A DNA stretch of 64,000 bases from Promethearchaeota archaeon (lineage in GTDB: Archaea > Asgardarchaeota > Lokiarchaeia > Sigyniarchaeales > SOKP01): contig JBHLNF010000013.1 of assembly GCA_048937405.1 (NCBI GenBank), positions 1 to 64,000 on the forward strand. The letters are read 5' to 3'. Positions 19,223 through 28,511 of this stretch are shown in pieces. A program made the translations under genes and the position numbers. The notes below the pieces were generated by a model, which searched no databases, was not told the DNA's origin, and saw only the letters and a list, made by a program, of their open reading frames with translations. Position 1 is the first letter of the stretch; every line of letters begins with the position of its first letter.

Positions 19223-20726
19223 AATACTTAATTACTTTAAAGTTGAAATAGACAGAGAAAAATGCAAAAAGTGCAAACGATGTGTTAATCACTGTTCATA
19301 TGGAGTTTTATCTTTCAACGGGGAAAAAATAGTATCTGAAGATCAAAAATGCGTTGCATGTCAGAGGTGTGCTGTTATGTGTCCTGGAAATGCAATGAGA
19401 ATTATTCAAAATGAATCATTTCTACCTCCTCATGGACATTATACAAGAAAAATTCGAAATATTATTTGGGCCCAATCTGGTGATGGGGGTGTTTTATTAG
19501 CTGCTACTGGTAATGATCGACCAATCCGTTCAATATTTGATGATTTACTTTTAGATGCATGTCAAGTTACCAATCCCTCTATTGATCCTTTAAGAGAAAA
19601 GATCGAGACTAAGATATTTTTTGGACGAAAACCAGAAAAATTAACTTTTGTTTTTGACCATGATGATTTAGAGGAAGTCTCTTTGAAAACCAAATTAATG
19701 CCAAATTTTGAAATTGATATGCCTATTATGGTGGGTCATATGTCCTTAGGTTCCATCAGTTATAATGCATGTCAGGCAATCTATCAAGCAGCTAGGGAAT
19801 TAAACATTATAGCAGGTACAGGTGAAGGAGGTTTGCATCCAGATTTTTATGAATATGCCCCAAATATCATTACAGAAGTTGCTTCAGGAAGATTTGGGGT
19901 AGATTTAAATTATTTAAACAATGCAGCTGCATTAGAAATAAAAATAGGACAAGGTGCAAAACCAGGTCATGGTGGTCATTTACCAGGTGAGAAAGTTAGT
20001 AGTTTAATTTCCCAAACTCGAATGATACCTGAAGGAAGTGATGCGTTATCACCATATCCTCATCATGATATTTATTCTATTGAAGATCTAGCACAACTAA
20101 TTGCTGCGTTAAAAGAAGCTACACGTTATAAAGTACCAGTTGGAGTGAAAATAGCAGCAGTTCATAATTCTGCTCCAATAGCCGTAGGAATAGTTAGAGG
20201 TGGAGCAGATTTTTTAACTCTTGATGGTTTTCGTGGTGGAACTGGGGCTGCTCCAAGAATTATCAGGAATCATGCAGGGATTCCTATTGAATTAGCAATT
20301 GCTGCTGTGGATGAAAGATTAAGGCAAGAAAAACTAAGAGAACAAGTCACTTTAATTGCTGGTGGTTCAATTCGATATTCTGCTGATTTGATAAAGGCTA
20401 TCGCTTTAGGGGCAGATATAGGGATGTGTGCTATGCCTGTATTAATAGCAATGGGCTGTAGAGTTTGTCAGCAATGCTTTAAAGGGCTGTGCTCTTGGGG
20501 TATTGCTACTCAGCAAAAATATCTAGTCAAAAGACTAGATGTTGATATTGCAAAAAATAGGATTAAAAATTTATTTCATTCTTGGAATGAAGAATTAAAG
20601 GAAGTTTTAGGAGCGATGGGTATTGATTCAGTAGAATCACTTCGTTCAAACAGAGACCGATTAAGATATATAGGTCCAAATCCGCATATTGCGGAAATTT
20701 TAGGAGTAAAACATGCTGGTGAATAA
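19206..20726 (+). CDS. gltB2: glutamate synthase domain 2 (2x[4Fe-4S] ferredoxin + FMN barrel + Fe-S motif)
   Basis: Two CxxCxxCxxxC motifs, MSLGS, TGEGG, IKIGQGAKPGHGGHLPGEKV, HHDIYSIEDL, CRVCQQC. Confidence 0.95.
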   Translation: MAIVHEILNYFKVEIDREKCKKCKRCVNHCSYGVLSFNGEKIVSEDQKCVACQRCAVMCPGNAMRIIQNESFLPPHGHYTRKIRNIIWAQSGDGGVLLAATGNDRPIRSIFDDLLLDACQVTNPSIDPLREKIETKIFFGRKPEKLTFVFDHDDLEEVSLKTKLMPNFEIDMPIMVGHMSLGSISYNACQAIYQAARELNIIAGTGEGGLHPDFYEYAPNIITEVASGRFGVDLNYLNNAAALEIKIGQGAKPGHGGHLPGEKVSSLISQTRMIPEGSDALSPYPHHDIYSIEDLAQLIAALKEATRYKVPVGVKIAAVHNSAPIAVGIVRGGADFLTLDGFRGGTGAAPRIIRNHAGIPIELAIAAVDERLRQEKLREQVTLIAGGSIRYSADLIKAIALGADIGMCAMPVLIAMGCRVCQQCFKGLCSWGIATQQKYLVKRLDVDIAKNRIKNLFHSWNEELKEVLGAMGIDSVESLRSNRDRLRYIGPNPHIAEILGVKHAGE

Positions 20727-20730
20727 AAAT

Positions 20731-21564
20731 ATGATAGTTGAAAAATCAAAACCAAAAATTTATGAAATTGGAATGGATGATATGATAGAGATAGATGCTG
20801 CTCCAAATGGAAATCCAGTTGATTATAGAAATCTTAATACGCAGATTCATGGAGCAATTAATGCGAATTTCACAAATATCATCTTGAATAATGTTTGTGG
20901 GCAGAGATTTATAGGTGCTGGACTCCAAGGAAATATTGAAATTACGATTAATGGTGTTCCAGGAAATGATTTAGGCATTTTTATGGATGGTCCAAAAATT
21001 AAAGTTAATGGTAATTGTGAGGATCAATCTGGAAATACCATGAATCAAGGAACAATGGTTATTGATGGTGACGGAGGAGATGTTATTGGCTTGTCATCTA
21101 GAGGAGGAAGAATCTATGTAAAGGGAGATGTGGGTTATAGAGTTGGTATCCATATGAAAGAATATGAAGATCAATTCCCTACTTTAATAATCGGTGGTAC
21201 AGCTAAAGACTTCTTAGGTGAGTCAATGGCAGGTGGTCGAATTATTGCGCTAGGTCTTAAAATATTATCAGATGGTACTATAATTGAGAATTCACAACCA
21301 ATTTGTGGTACTGAACTAGGCACGGGAATTCACAGGGGTGCTATTTATCTTCGAACAAATGAAGATATTGAACATAAACTTGGAGTTGGAGCTAAGATTT
21401 TTGATCTTTCAGAGGAAGAACAAAAAGAAATTAAAAATGATTTAATAGATTTCTGTGAAACATTTAATATTCCGCTTACGATTATTGATGAAAAACCATT
21501 TAAAGTCATTAGACCGATTTCGAAAAGACCTCATGGATCAAATTACTGTGGACAATTAGTTTAG
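20731..21564 (+). CDS. gltB3: glutamate synthase domain 3 (GXGXG beta-helix)
   Basis: GQRFIGAG, GVPGNDLG, GNTMNQG, GYRVGIHM, GESMAGG. Start ATG 20731 after GGTGA (track 20713). Confidence 0.92.
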   Translation: MIVEKSKPKIYEIGMDDMIEIDAAPNGNPVDYRNLNTQIHGAINANFTNIILNNVCGQRFIGAGLQGNIEITINGVPGNDLGIFMDGPKIKVNGNCEDQSGNTMNQGTMVIDGDGGDVIGLSSRGGRIYVKGDVGYRVGIHMKEYEDQFPTLIIGGTAKDFLGESMAGGRIIALGLKILSDGTIIENSQPICGTELGTGIHRGAIYLRTNEDIEHKLGVGAKIFDLSEEEQKEIKNDLIDFCETFNIPLTIIDEKPFKVIRPISKRPHGSNYCGQLV

Positions 21565-21625
21565 ACTCATTTATAGAGTAGTATAAATTCATAATTTTAC
21601 TATATTAATTATTATGATTCAAATT

Positions 21626-21816
21626 TGAACTACCACTCCTTAAAGGGTGTGGATTCGTACTCCCTAATACATAATTAGACAATACTGGATGGTTCTCCAC
21701 CCTATGTTATTAAAAATAATAATGATATATATACTGCAAGAGAGTGCTAGTTTAGAAAAAAATATGCGATTCATTCACTCCCTAAAGGAAGTGACCTTCT
21801 CGAATGTAAATGGGTA
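21626..21816. mobile_element. non-autonomous IS200/IS605-type remnant (both subterminal hairpins, no transposase)
   Basis: Left GAACTACCACTCCTTAAAGGGTGTGGATTC and right GCGATTCATTCACTCCCTAAAGGAAGTGACCTTCTCG: related imperfect palindromes typical of IS200/IS605 ends. Confidence 0.7.
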
Positions 21817-21878
21817 AAAAGATGAAAAGAATGACTCTAGTGGTAATTTTATTCTCTATTTTTTATAACTATAAAATT

Positions 21879-21900
21879 TGTTCAATAAAAAACATTAAGT
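21879..21900. promoter_or_regulatory. TGTT-N8-AACA upstream box (copy 2)
   Basis: TGTTCAATAAAAAACATTAAGT; matches 16256-16277. Confidence 0.6.
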
Positions 21901-22093
21901 ATTAATAATAGCTTTTATTATAGAAAACATTTTTCATCAAATGGCAATTAATCTTTTATAATGTTCATATTTTCTTTAATTTATGTTAAGGAAATTATTG
22001 AAAAACTAATAATTATTACATAGTTGTTTATTTTTTCACCTTAAACTTTATTAATGACAGCTCCTAATATAACTCAATATAACTAAATATAAT

Positions 22094-22107
22094 GGGATTA
22101 TATTCCC
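22094..22107. promoter_or_regulatory. GGGA-N6-TCCC palindromic operator candidate
   Basis: TGGGAttatatTCCCA between TATA (AAACTTTATTAA) and the ATG at 22133. Confidence 0.7.
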
Positions 22108-22132
22108 AACAATAAAATGAATTTTTAAAAAA

Positions 22133-23779
22133 ATGACAAAATTTTCAATGGTTACTCATAAATCAAGTATGATTGGAACCCGAACAAGGGTCGAAGATTC
22201 ATGTGAGAGTGGATTATGTCCGATCTGTATAGCAGATTGTCCTGTTTTTTGTGAAGTCTCAAAATCAGCTCTAAGAGGACGAGAAGTACTATATCCTCAA
22301 AGAGAATATTTTGGAGATTCTACAGCAGGTTCACCAAAAGATTTTGGGCTTTCATTCGGTGATTTTCAAATTCAGTTTGAAGTTCGAGGTGCTCAAGGTA
22401 TTGAACCTGATGAAGATAAGGTAGTCTTTCCCAATGTTGATTTAACATGTAAATGGGGTAATATTACACAAAAATTACCTATTGTTATAGCCGGATTAGG
22501 AAGTACTTATGTAGCAAAAAGAAATTGGGATGGATTAGCAATGGGAGCAGCATTATCAGGAATAAGTCTCACAATCGGAGAAAATGTTGTAGGTATGGAC
22601 CCAGAAGCTAAATTCGCCAATCACATGGCATATCCACAAGTTATAGATACTCAAGATATGAAATGTAGAATTAATACATATCGAGAATTATGGGACGGTA
22701 AGCATGGTGATATCATTGTTCAAAAAAACGTTGAGGATACAAGATTAGGAGTTTTTGATTATGTAACCTCCAAATTAGATGTAAATTCACTTGAAATTAA
22801 ATTCGGTCAAGGTGCTAAAGCAATAGGTGGTGAAGTAAGATTAGAATCTTTAGAAAGAGCACAATTATTACAGAGTAGAGGATATTTAGTCTTTCCTGAC
22901 CCATCTGATCCTAAAATTATTGACCAATGGAAGGAAGGTTTGATTCCAGACTTTGAAAGACATAGTAGAGTAGGGTTATCAACTACAGAGGAAGTACTAG
23001 AAGAAATCGATAAATTACGTTCAACGGGGGTTAAAAATATCTTTATAAAAACTGGTGCTTATAGACCATCAGCTACAGCTTGGATCATACGTTTAGGTAT
23101 TGAAGGGAAAGTAGATGGAATGACTTTTGATGGAGCTGGGGGAGGTACTGGTATGAGTCCCGTAAGTATGATGAACGAAGGCTCAATTCCTACTACCTAT
23201 TTAGAAGCTTTAGTAGTGGGATGCTTAGATCTTATTAAAGAAAAAAATCCTAACGTTTCTATTCCAACCATAGCAATGGCAGGTGGATTTGCTAATGAAA
23301 CTCAAATGTTTAAAGCTATGGCAATGGGTGCCCCATTTGTTAAATGTATTGCTATGGCAAGAGCTCCTATAACTGCAGCAATGAAAGGGAAATACGTTGG
23401 TGATATAATTGAAAAAAATCTAGCTTCACCAGCAATGCTTAAAACTTTAGGGATTCTAGAAAAGAAAAAGCATGAGAGATTAAGATTAAATGAAGCTTTT
23501 GTTGAGTATGATAATTTGAAAAGAGCATACCCCGAAAAAGATATTCCTCCTTCAGCAGTTGGAGTATACACGTATTTCGAGAGTAAATTAGGTACTGGTT
23601 TAAAACAACTAATTGCAGGTACAAGAAAATTTAATTTGGATCTAATTGATCGTCATGACATTGCATATTTATCTCAAAGAGCAAAAGACGTGTGTGAAAA
23701 GTGGAATCTAGGAATAGAGTCTCAAGAATCACTCGAATTTGAGTTAGTTAAAAAAGAAATCTTCTCTGGAAATTATTAA
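22133..23779 (+). CDS. stand-alone FMN-binding glutamate synthase family protein
   Basis: N-terminal CESGLCPICIADCPVFCE, EIKFGQGAKAIGGE, FERHSR, IKTGAY, DGAGGGTGMSP. Confidence 0.88.
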   Translation: MTKFSMVTHKSSMIGTRTRVEDSCESGLCPICIADCPVFCEVSKSALRGREVLYPQREYFGDSTAGSPKDFGLSFGDFQIQFEVRGAQGIEPDEDKVVFPNVDLTCKWGNITQKLPIVIAGLGSTYVAKRNWDGLAMGAALSGISLTIGENVVGMDPEAKFANHMAYPQVIDTQDMKCRINTYRELWDGKHGDIIVQKNVEDTRLGVFDYVTSKLDVNSLEIKFGQGAKAIGGEVRLESLERAQLLQSRGYLVFPDPSDPKIIDQWKEGLIPDFERHSRVGLSTTEEVLEEIDKLRSTGVKNIFIKTGAYRPSATAWIIRLGIEGKVDGMTFDGAGGGTGMSPVSMMNEGSIPTTYLEALVVGCLDLIKEKNPNVSIPTIAMAGGFANETQMFKAMAMGAPFVKCIAMARAPITAAMKGKYVGDIIEKNLASPAMLKTLGILEKKKHERLRLNEAFVEYDNLKRAYPEKDIPPSAVGVYTYFESKLGTGLKQLIAGTRKFNLDLIDRHDIAYLSQRAKDVCEKWNLGIESQESLEFELVKKEIFSGNY

Positions 23780-23859
23780 TATTATTTTTTTTTATCTTCC
23801 TTTTTATTTTAAATAATTAATAAAAATTAGTTATTTTTAGTGGAAATATTTACTTTTGG

Positions 23860-25659
23860 TTATTCAACTAATTTTTCTAGTTGGTTAACAAAATCTTCAT
23901 ATTGTTTAATGCCAAGTTCCCAAAACTCTGGTTTGGATAGATCTAAACCCACAATTTTAGCTAATTCTTTAGGTGAAACGCTACCTCCACAGGCAAGAAG
24001 TTTTTTAAATTTTGGAGCAAATTCTTTACCTTCTTTTTTATAGATTTGATAGAGAGCGTAAACAAAAAGTTGAGCATAAACATATGGATAATTATAAAAC
24101 CTAAAACCGACACGGAAATAATGGGGTTTCATTGTCCATTCCCATATTAATTCATCTTGAAAATCAATTGAATCTCCATAGATTTTGTCTCTCCCGGCAA
24201 CCCAATATTTAGAAATAGTTGGTCCATCTAGGTATTCATTATTTTTTAGTGCATTGTACAAATTCCATTCAAACCAATATCGAGCACTTACTTGAAATGC
24301 TGCCATTCCAGCATCATCTAATACGTGAGCTAAAATTGCTTTTTTAAGATTATCAGAATTAGCAGTTTTTAATAAATAATCTGTCATTAATAATTCACCA
24401 AAAATTGACGCACATTCTGCGGTTGTATATCCTGGATGCAAATTTAAATAAGTTTGCTCTTTAGCAGCTAGATAATCATGAATTGCATGACCAAGTTCAT
24501 GTGTCACAGTATAAATGTTACCCAACTGACCATTAAAGTTTGTTAATATGAAAGCAGATTTTCCTTTAAACCATGAAGCACAATAAGCACCATTTCTCTT
24601 TCCCATCCTTATACTAGCATCGATATGCCGCTTATCATACATATCTACGGCAATCTTTGCGAAATCTTCATGAAATTCACCATACGCTTCTAAAATTAAC
24701 TTTTTTGCTTCATCCCATATATATTTTTTATCCTGTATTTCAAGGAGTGGACCAAGAACATCAGAGTAATTTAATTTAGGTAAATTTAAAAGTTTAGCTT
24801 TAAGTTTTAAATATCTTTGATAGACACCCGCATTTTTTTCAACTGTATTCATCAGATTATCGATAATATCTTGGTCTGTATCATTAACTATTAAACTATG
24901 ATGTATCGCATTATTATATTTTCTTCTTTCTACTGTTTTCATCCAATCTCCACAAATATTTCGTAATGCTGTAGAAAAAATATATTCATCTTTTCCTAAA
25001 GTACTATAAATGGATTTATCAGCGGAAAGTCGTGTAGATCTGTCGGGATGTCGTAGTAAGGCATTTGCTTCACCATATGATAAAACTTTTTCTTCACCTT
25101 TAACCATTACATGAAATTGTCTTGTATTGAGCCATTTTCCTTGCAATTGACTCCATTGATCTACTCCATATTGATCTTTCTCAAGGATTAATTGCTCTTC
25201 TATCTCAGATAATAAATGTGGATGGCCTCGTATAATTTTTTCTAAATAATGTTTATAATTCTTTAATATTGGATCATTGATTAATTCTTGATTCTCAAAT
25301 ATAAATTTACTTACTTCTAATTCTAAAAATGTTAGTTTTTTTTCCAATTCTGTACCAAATTCAATAGTCTTATTCTTTAAAGCTTCATGTTTACTTATTT
25401 GCATATCAGCATCATATAAGAGGTGAGCAAATGTAAACAACTCATCTAAATTAGCTTGAAAATCTTCTTGTTTTTGCAATAAATTATGCAGATCTTTTGC
25501 TTTAAAATTGGGAGCTTGTATTTTACCTTTATAATCTTTTATAAATTGATCAACATGATTCCTTGAATCCTCCATTAATTTATCTATTTTTGGATCATCT
25601 GGACCACTGAATAATTTACTTAGATCCCACGCAATTTCTTCTTTTGCCATTTTTATCAT
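23860..25659 (-). CDS. pepF: oligoendopeptidase F (M3B)
   Basis: WDLSKLF, GKRNGAYC, HELGH zinc motif, AECASIFGE, PHYF..FYNYPY. Confidence 0.93.
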   Translation of the reverse strand: MIKMAKEEIAWDLSKLFSGPDDPKIDKLMEDSRNHVDQFIKDYKGKIQAPNFKAKDLHNLLQKQEDFQANLDELFTFAHLLYDADMQISKHEALKNKTIEFGTELEKKLTFLELEVSKFIFENQELINDPILKNYKHYLEKIIRGHPHLLSEIEEQLILEKDQYGVDQWSQLQGKWLNTRQFHVMVKGEEKVLSYGEANALLRHPDRSTRLSADKSIYSTLGKDEYIFSTALRNICGDWMKTVERRKYNNAIHHSLIVNDTDQDIIDNLMNTVEKNAGVYQRYLKLKAKLLNLPKLNYSDVLGPLLEIQDKKYIWDEAKKLILEAYGEFHEDFAKIAVDMYDKRHIDASIRMGKRNGAYCASWFKGKSAFILTNFNGQLGNIYTVTHELGHAIHDYLAAKEQTYLNLHPGYTTAECASIFGELLMTDYLLKTANSDNLKKAILAHVLDDAGMAAFQVSARYWFEWNLYNALKNNEYLDGPTISKYWVAGRDKIYGDSIDFQDELIWEWTMKPHYFRVGFRFYNYPYVYAQLFVYALYQIYKKEGKEFAPKFKKLLACGGSVSPKELAKIVGLDLSKPEFWELGIKQYEDFVNQLEKLVE

Positions 25660-25754
25660 TTTGTAAAAAATCAGTATTTATGGAATTAAATTAAAATTCC
25701 AATTAAAATCTAATATATTGAAAAATTAAAGTATAGTTTTATTTAAAATAAGGT

Positions 25755-27314
25755 TTATTCATATTCTATTGTACTAGGGGGCTTATTCGAGATATCATAA
25801 ACCACACGATTAATTCCTTTAACTTCATTTATTATTCTAGTACTAATCTTTTCTAATAAATCCCAATCTAATTTAGAGAAACTAGCCGTCATAACGTCTT
25901 CAGATTCAACGACCCTAATTGCGCATATATACTCATAGGTCCTAAAATCTCCCATTACTCCAACGGTCTTCAATGGTAAAAATACACAAAAAGCTTGCCA
26001 TAGATTCTCATAAATTCCGGCATTTTTAATTTCCTCAATTAAAATCTCGTCAGCTTCTCTCAATATCTCAAGTTTTTCCTTGTTGACTGGACCAATAATT
26101 CTTACGGCTAATCCAGGACCAGGGAATGGATGTCTTGTAATAATTTCTTTTGGGACACCTAACTTCAGTCCAATTCTTCTTACCTCATCTTTATATAAAT
26201 CTTTCAATGGTTCGAGAATTTCTAGCATCATATTATCGGGTAAAGTTAAATTATGGTGAGACTTTATTTTTGCTGATACTTTGCTTGTAGCACTTGTTTC
26301 TACCCGATCAGGATAGATAGTGCCTTGGGCTAAAAATTTTATATCTGGATTTACTTTTTCAAGTTCAATTGTTTTATTTTCAAATATTTCTATAAATGTA
26401 TGACCAATAATTCGTCGCTTTTCTTCTGGATCATCAATATTCTTAAGTTTCTCTAAAAATATATTTTCAGCATCAACATAATGAAAGTTTTTAAGTTGCA
26501 ATTTATTTTTGAATGTTTCTTGAACTTCTATTTCCTCATTCTTTCTTAATAATCCATTATTTACAAATATACAATGTAATCTATTGCCTATGGCCTTATT
26601 TAATAAAAAAGCGACTACTGAAGAATCTACACCACCACTTAGACCTAAAATAACCTTTTTCTCCAAACCTACAACTTTTCTAATTTGATTAATTGAATTA
26701 TCTATCCATCCCTCTAATTTCCATTCTTTTTTACATTGTGCAATTTTAAAAATAAAATTTTCGAGAATTATATTCCCCTTTGGAGTGTTAGTAACTTCTG
26801 GATGAAACTGAACTCCAAATAACTTTTTCTCTGGATTCCCATAAGCAGCAATAGGACAGTTTTCAGTTTTACCATATATTTCAAATCCTTCCGCTAATTC
26901 GGTAATTTGATCCCCATGTGACATCCAAACAATTTCTTCGTTCTCTAGTGAATCAAATATTAGATTTGACTTTAAAATCGTAATTTGAGTTTTCCCATAT
27001 TCTTTTTTTGTCTTCAGTTCTATATTTCCCCCATAAAATTGCATAATTAAATGATGACCATAACAAATCCCTAGAACGGGTATTTTTTCGTTACTTGAAA
27101 ATTGAAAGAATTCTTCAGATAATTGAGGACCGTCTTGTTCATAGACACTACCAGGACCACCTGATAGAATTATTCCTTTAGGGTTGAATTCCTGAAGTTT
27201 TTTTAGATCTACATCATAAGGAAGAATTTCCGCATAAACTCCCAGATCTCTAATACGCCTTGTTATCAGATGCGCATATTGACCTCCAAAATCTAAAACA
27301 ATTATAGTATCCAT
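25755..27314 (-). CDS. guaA: GMP synthase (glutamine-hydrolysing), fused GATase + ATPPase
   Basis: LDFGGQY, LGICYG, QFHPE, LSGGVDSS, IKSHHN, HPFPGPGLA, KPPSTIEYE. Confidence 0.97.
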   Translation of the reverse strand: MDTIIVLDFGGQYAHLITRRIRDLGVYAEILPYDVDLKKLQEFNPKGIILSGGPGSVYEQDGPQLSEEFFQFSSNEKIPVLGICYGHHLIMQFYGGNIELKTKKEYGKTQITILKSNLIFDSLENEEIVWMSHGDQITELAEGFEIYGKTENCPIAAYGNPEKKLFGVQFHPEVTNTPKGNIILENFIFKIAQCKKEWKLEGWIDNSINQIRKVVGLEKKVILGLSGGVDSSVVAFLLNKAIGNRLHCIFVNNGLLRKNEEIEVQETFKNKLQLKNFHYVDAENIFLEKLKNIDDPEEKRRIIGHTFIEIFENKTIELEKVNPDIKFLAQGTIYPDRVETSATSKVSAKIKSHHNLTLPDNMMLEILEPLKDLYKDEVRRIGLKLGVPKEIITRHPFPGPGLAVRIIGPVNKEKLEILREADEILIEEIKNAGIYENLWQAFCVFLPLKTVGVMGDFRTYEYICAIRVVESEDVMTASFSKLDWDLLEKISTRIINEVKGINRVVYDISNKPPSTIEYE

Positions 27315-27641
27315 ATTTTATTATTTTACAACTTGATTTGTAAATACACTTAATTTATATTTTATATATTGAAAATAATTTAATCTTAATATAAAGAAAC
27401 CTTGTTGGAAAATTAACTTTATCAATTAACCATTTACTTTTTTTGTCTTGAAAATCTTTATTAAATACATATAGGACACAACATTATTATATAAAAATGA
27501 TTGTAGTGAATTTCTTTTCTGAATTTGAACGAAATATGGGTTTGATAACTTAGTCTTTAACAGATGAAATACAAATTTTTTGATTATAATCCAAATGTCA
27601 ATCAGGAAATAAGTTAATATGAATATTTAAGATGATCCAGT

Positions 27642-28511
27642 ATGCCTTATAAAATTTTAAAAAAAAATCAACTTGGAAATAGTGGTATATTATTTGAAAT
27701 GGATATTTATGCTCCCTTAATAGCAAAAAAAGCATTTGCAGGTAATTTTATTTTAATTAGAATAAATGAGGAGGGTGAAAGAATTCCCCTTACAATTGCA
27801 GATTATGATAGAGAGCAAGGAACAATAACTGTTGTAGTTCAAATAGTTGGAAAAACAACCTTATTACTCTCTCATCAAAAATTGGGAGATGAGATTTTAG
27901 ATGTGGTTGGACCATTAGGTAATAGAATTCATATAGAGAAATTTGAATACCCAATCGTAATAATTGGAGGAGGAGTAGGGATTGCTCCCTGCTATCCTCA
28001 GGCAAAAGAATTAAAGCAAGTAGGCAATAAAATTATTTCTATTCTAGGTGCTCGTACAAAAGATCTTATCTTTTGGAGAGAGAAGATGGCTAGTGTGAGT
28101 GAAAAATCAATTATTTGTACCAATGATGGAAGTGAAGGTATTGAGGGTTTTGTAACTAAACCACTTCGAGAATTGATTAAAAAAGAAAAAATAAGTTTAG
28201 TTATAACAATCGGACCTATGATAATGATGAAAAACGTTGCAGAATTAACAAGTGGTAAAGAAGACTTACCAAAGATAAAAACATTTGTATCTTTGAACAC
28301 GATTATGATAGATGGTACTGGAATGTGTGGAGGATGTCGTTTTCCTTCAAATGACGGTGAAACTCATTTTGCCTGTGTAGAAGGTCCCGATGTTGATGGA
28401 CATATTGTAGATTTTAATACATTATTAAATAGAGAAAAAAGATTTGGTGAGTTAGAACAACAATCGTTTAATCTTTACAAAAAAAAATGCAAAAAATTTG
28501 ATATTCAATAA
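27642..28511 (+). CDS. nfnA: NfnA/SudB-like FAD/[2Fe-2S] subunit
   Basis: GERIPLTIAD, GPLGN, GGGVGIAP, DGTGMCGGCR...FACVEGP. Confidence 0.9.
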   Translation: MPYKILKKNQLGNSGILFEMDIYAPLIAKKAFAGNFILIRINEEGERIPLTIADYDREQGTITVVVQIVGKTTLLLSHQKLGDEILDVVGPLGNRIHIEKFEYPIVIIGGGVGIAPCYPQAKELKQVGNKIISILGARTKDLIFWREKMASVSEKSIICTNDGSEGIEGFVTKPLRELIKKEKISLVITIGPMIMMKNVAELTSGKEDLPKIKTFVSLNTIMIDGTGMCGGCRFPSNDGETHFACVEGPDVDGHIVDFNTLLNREKRFGELEQQSFNLYKKKCKKFDIQ

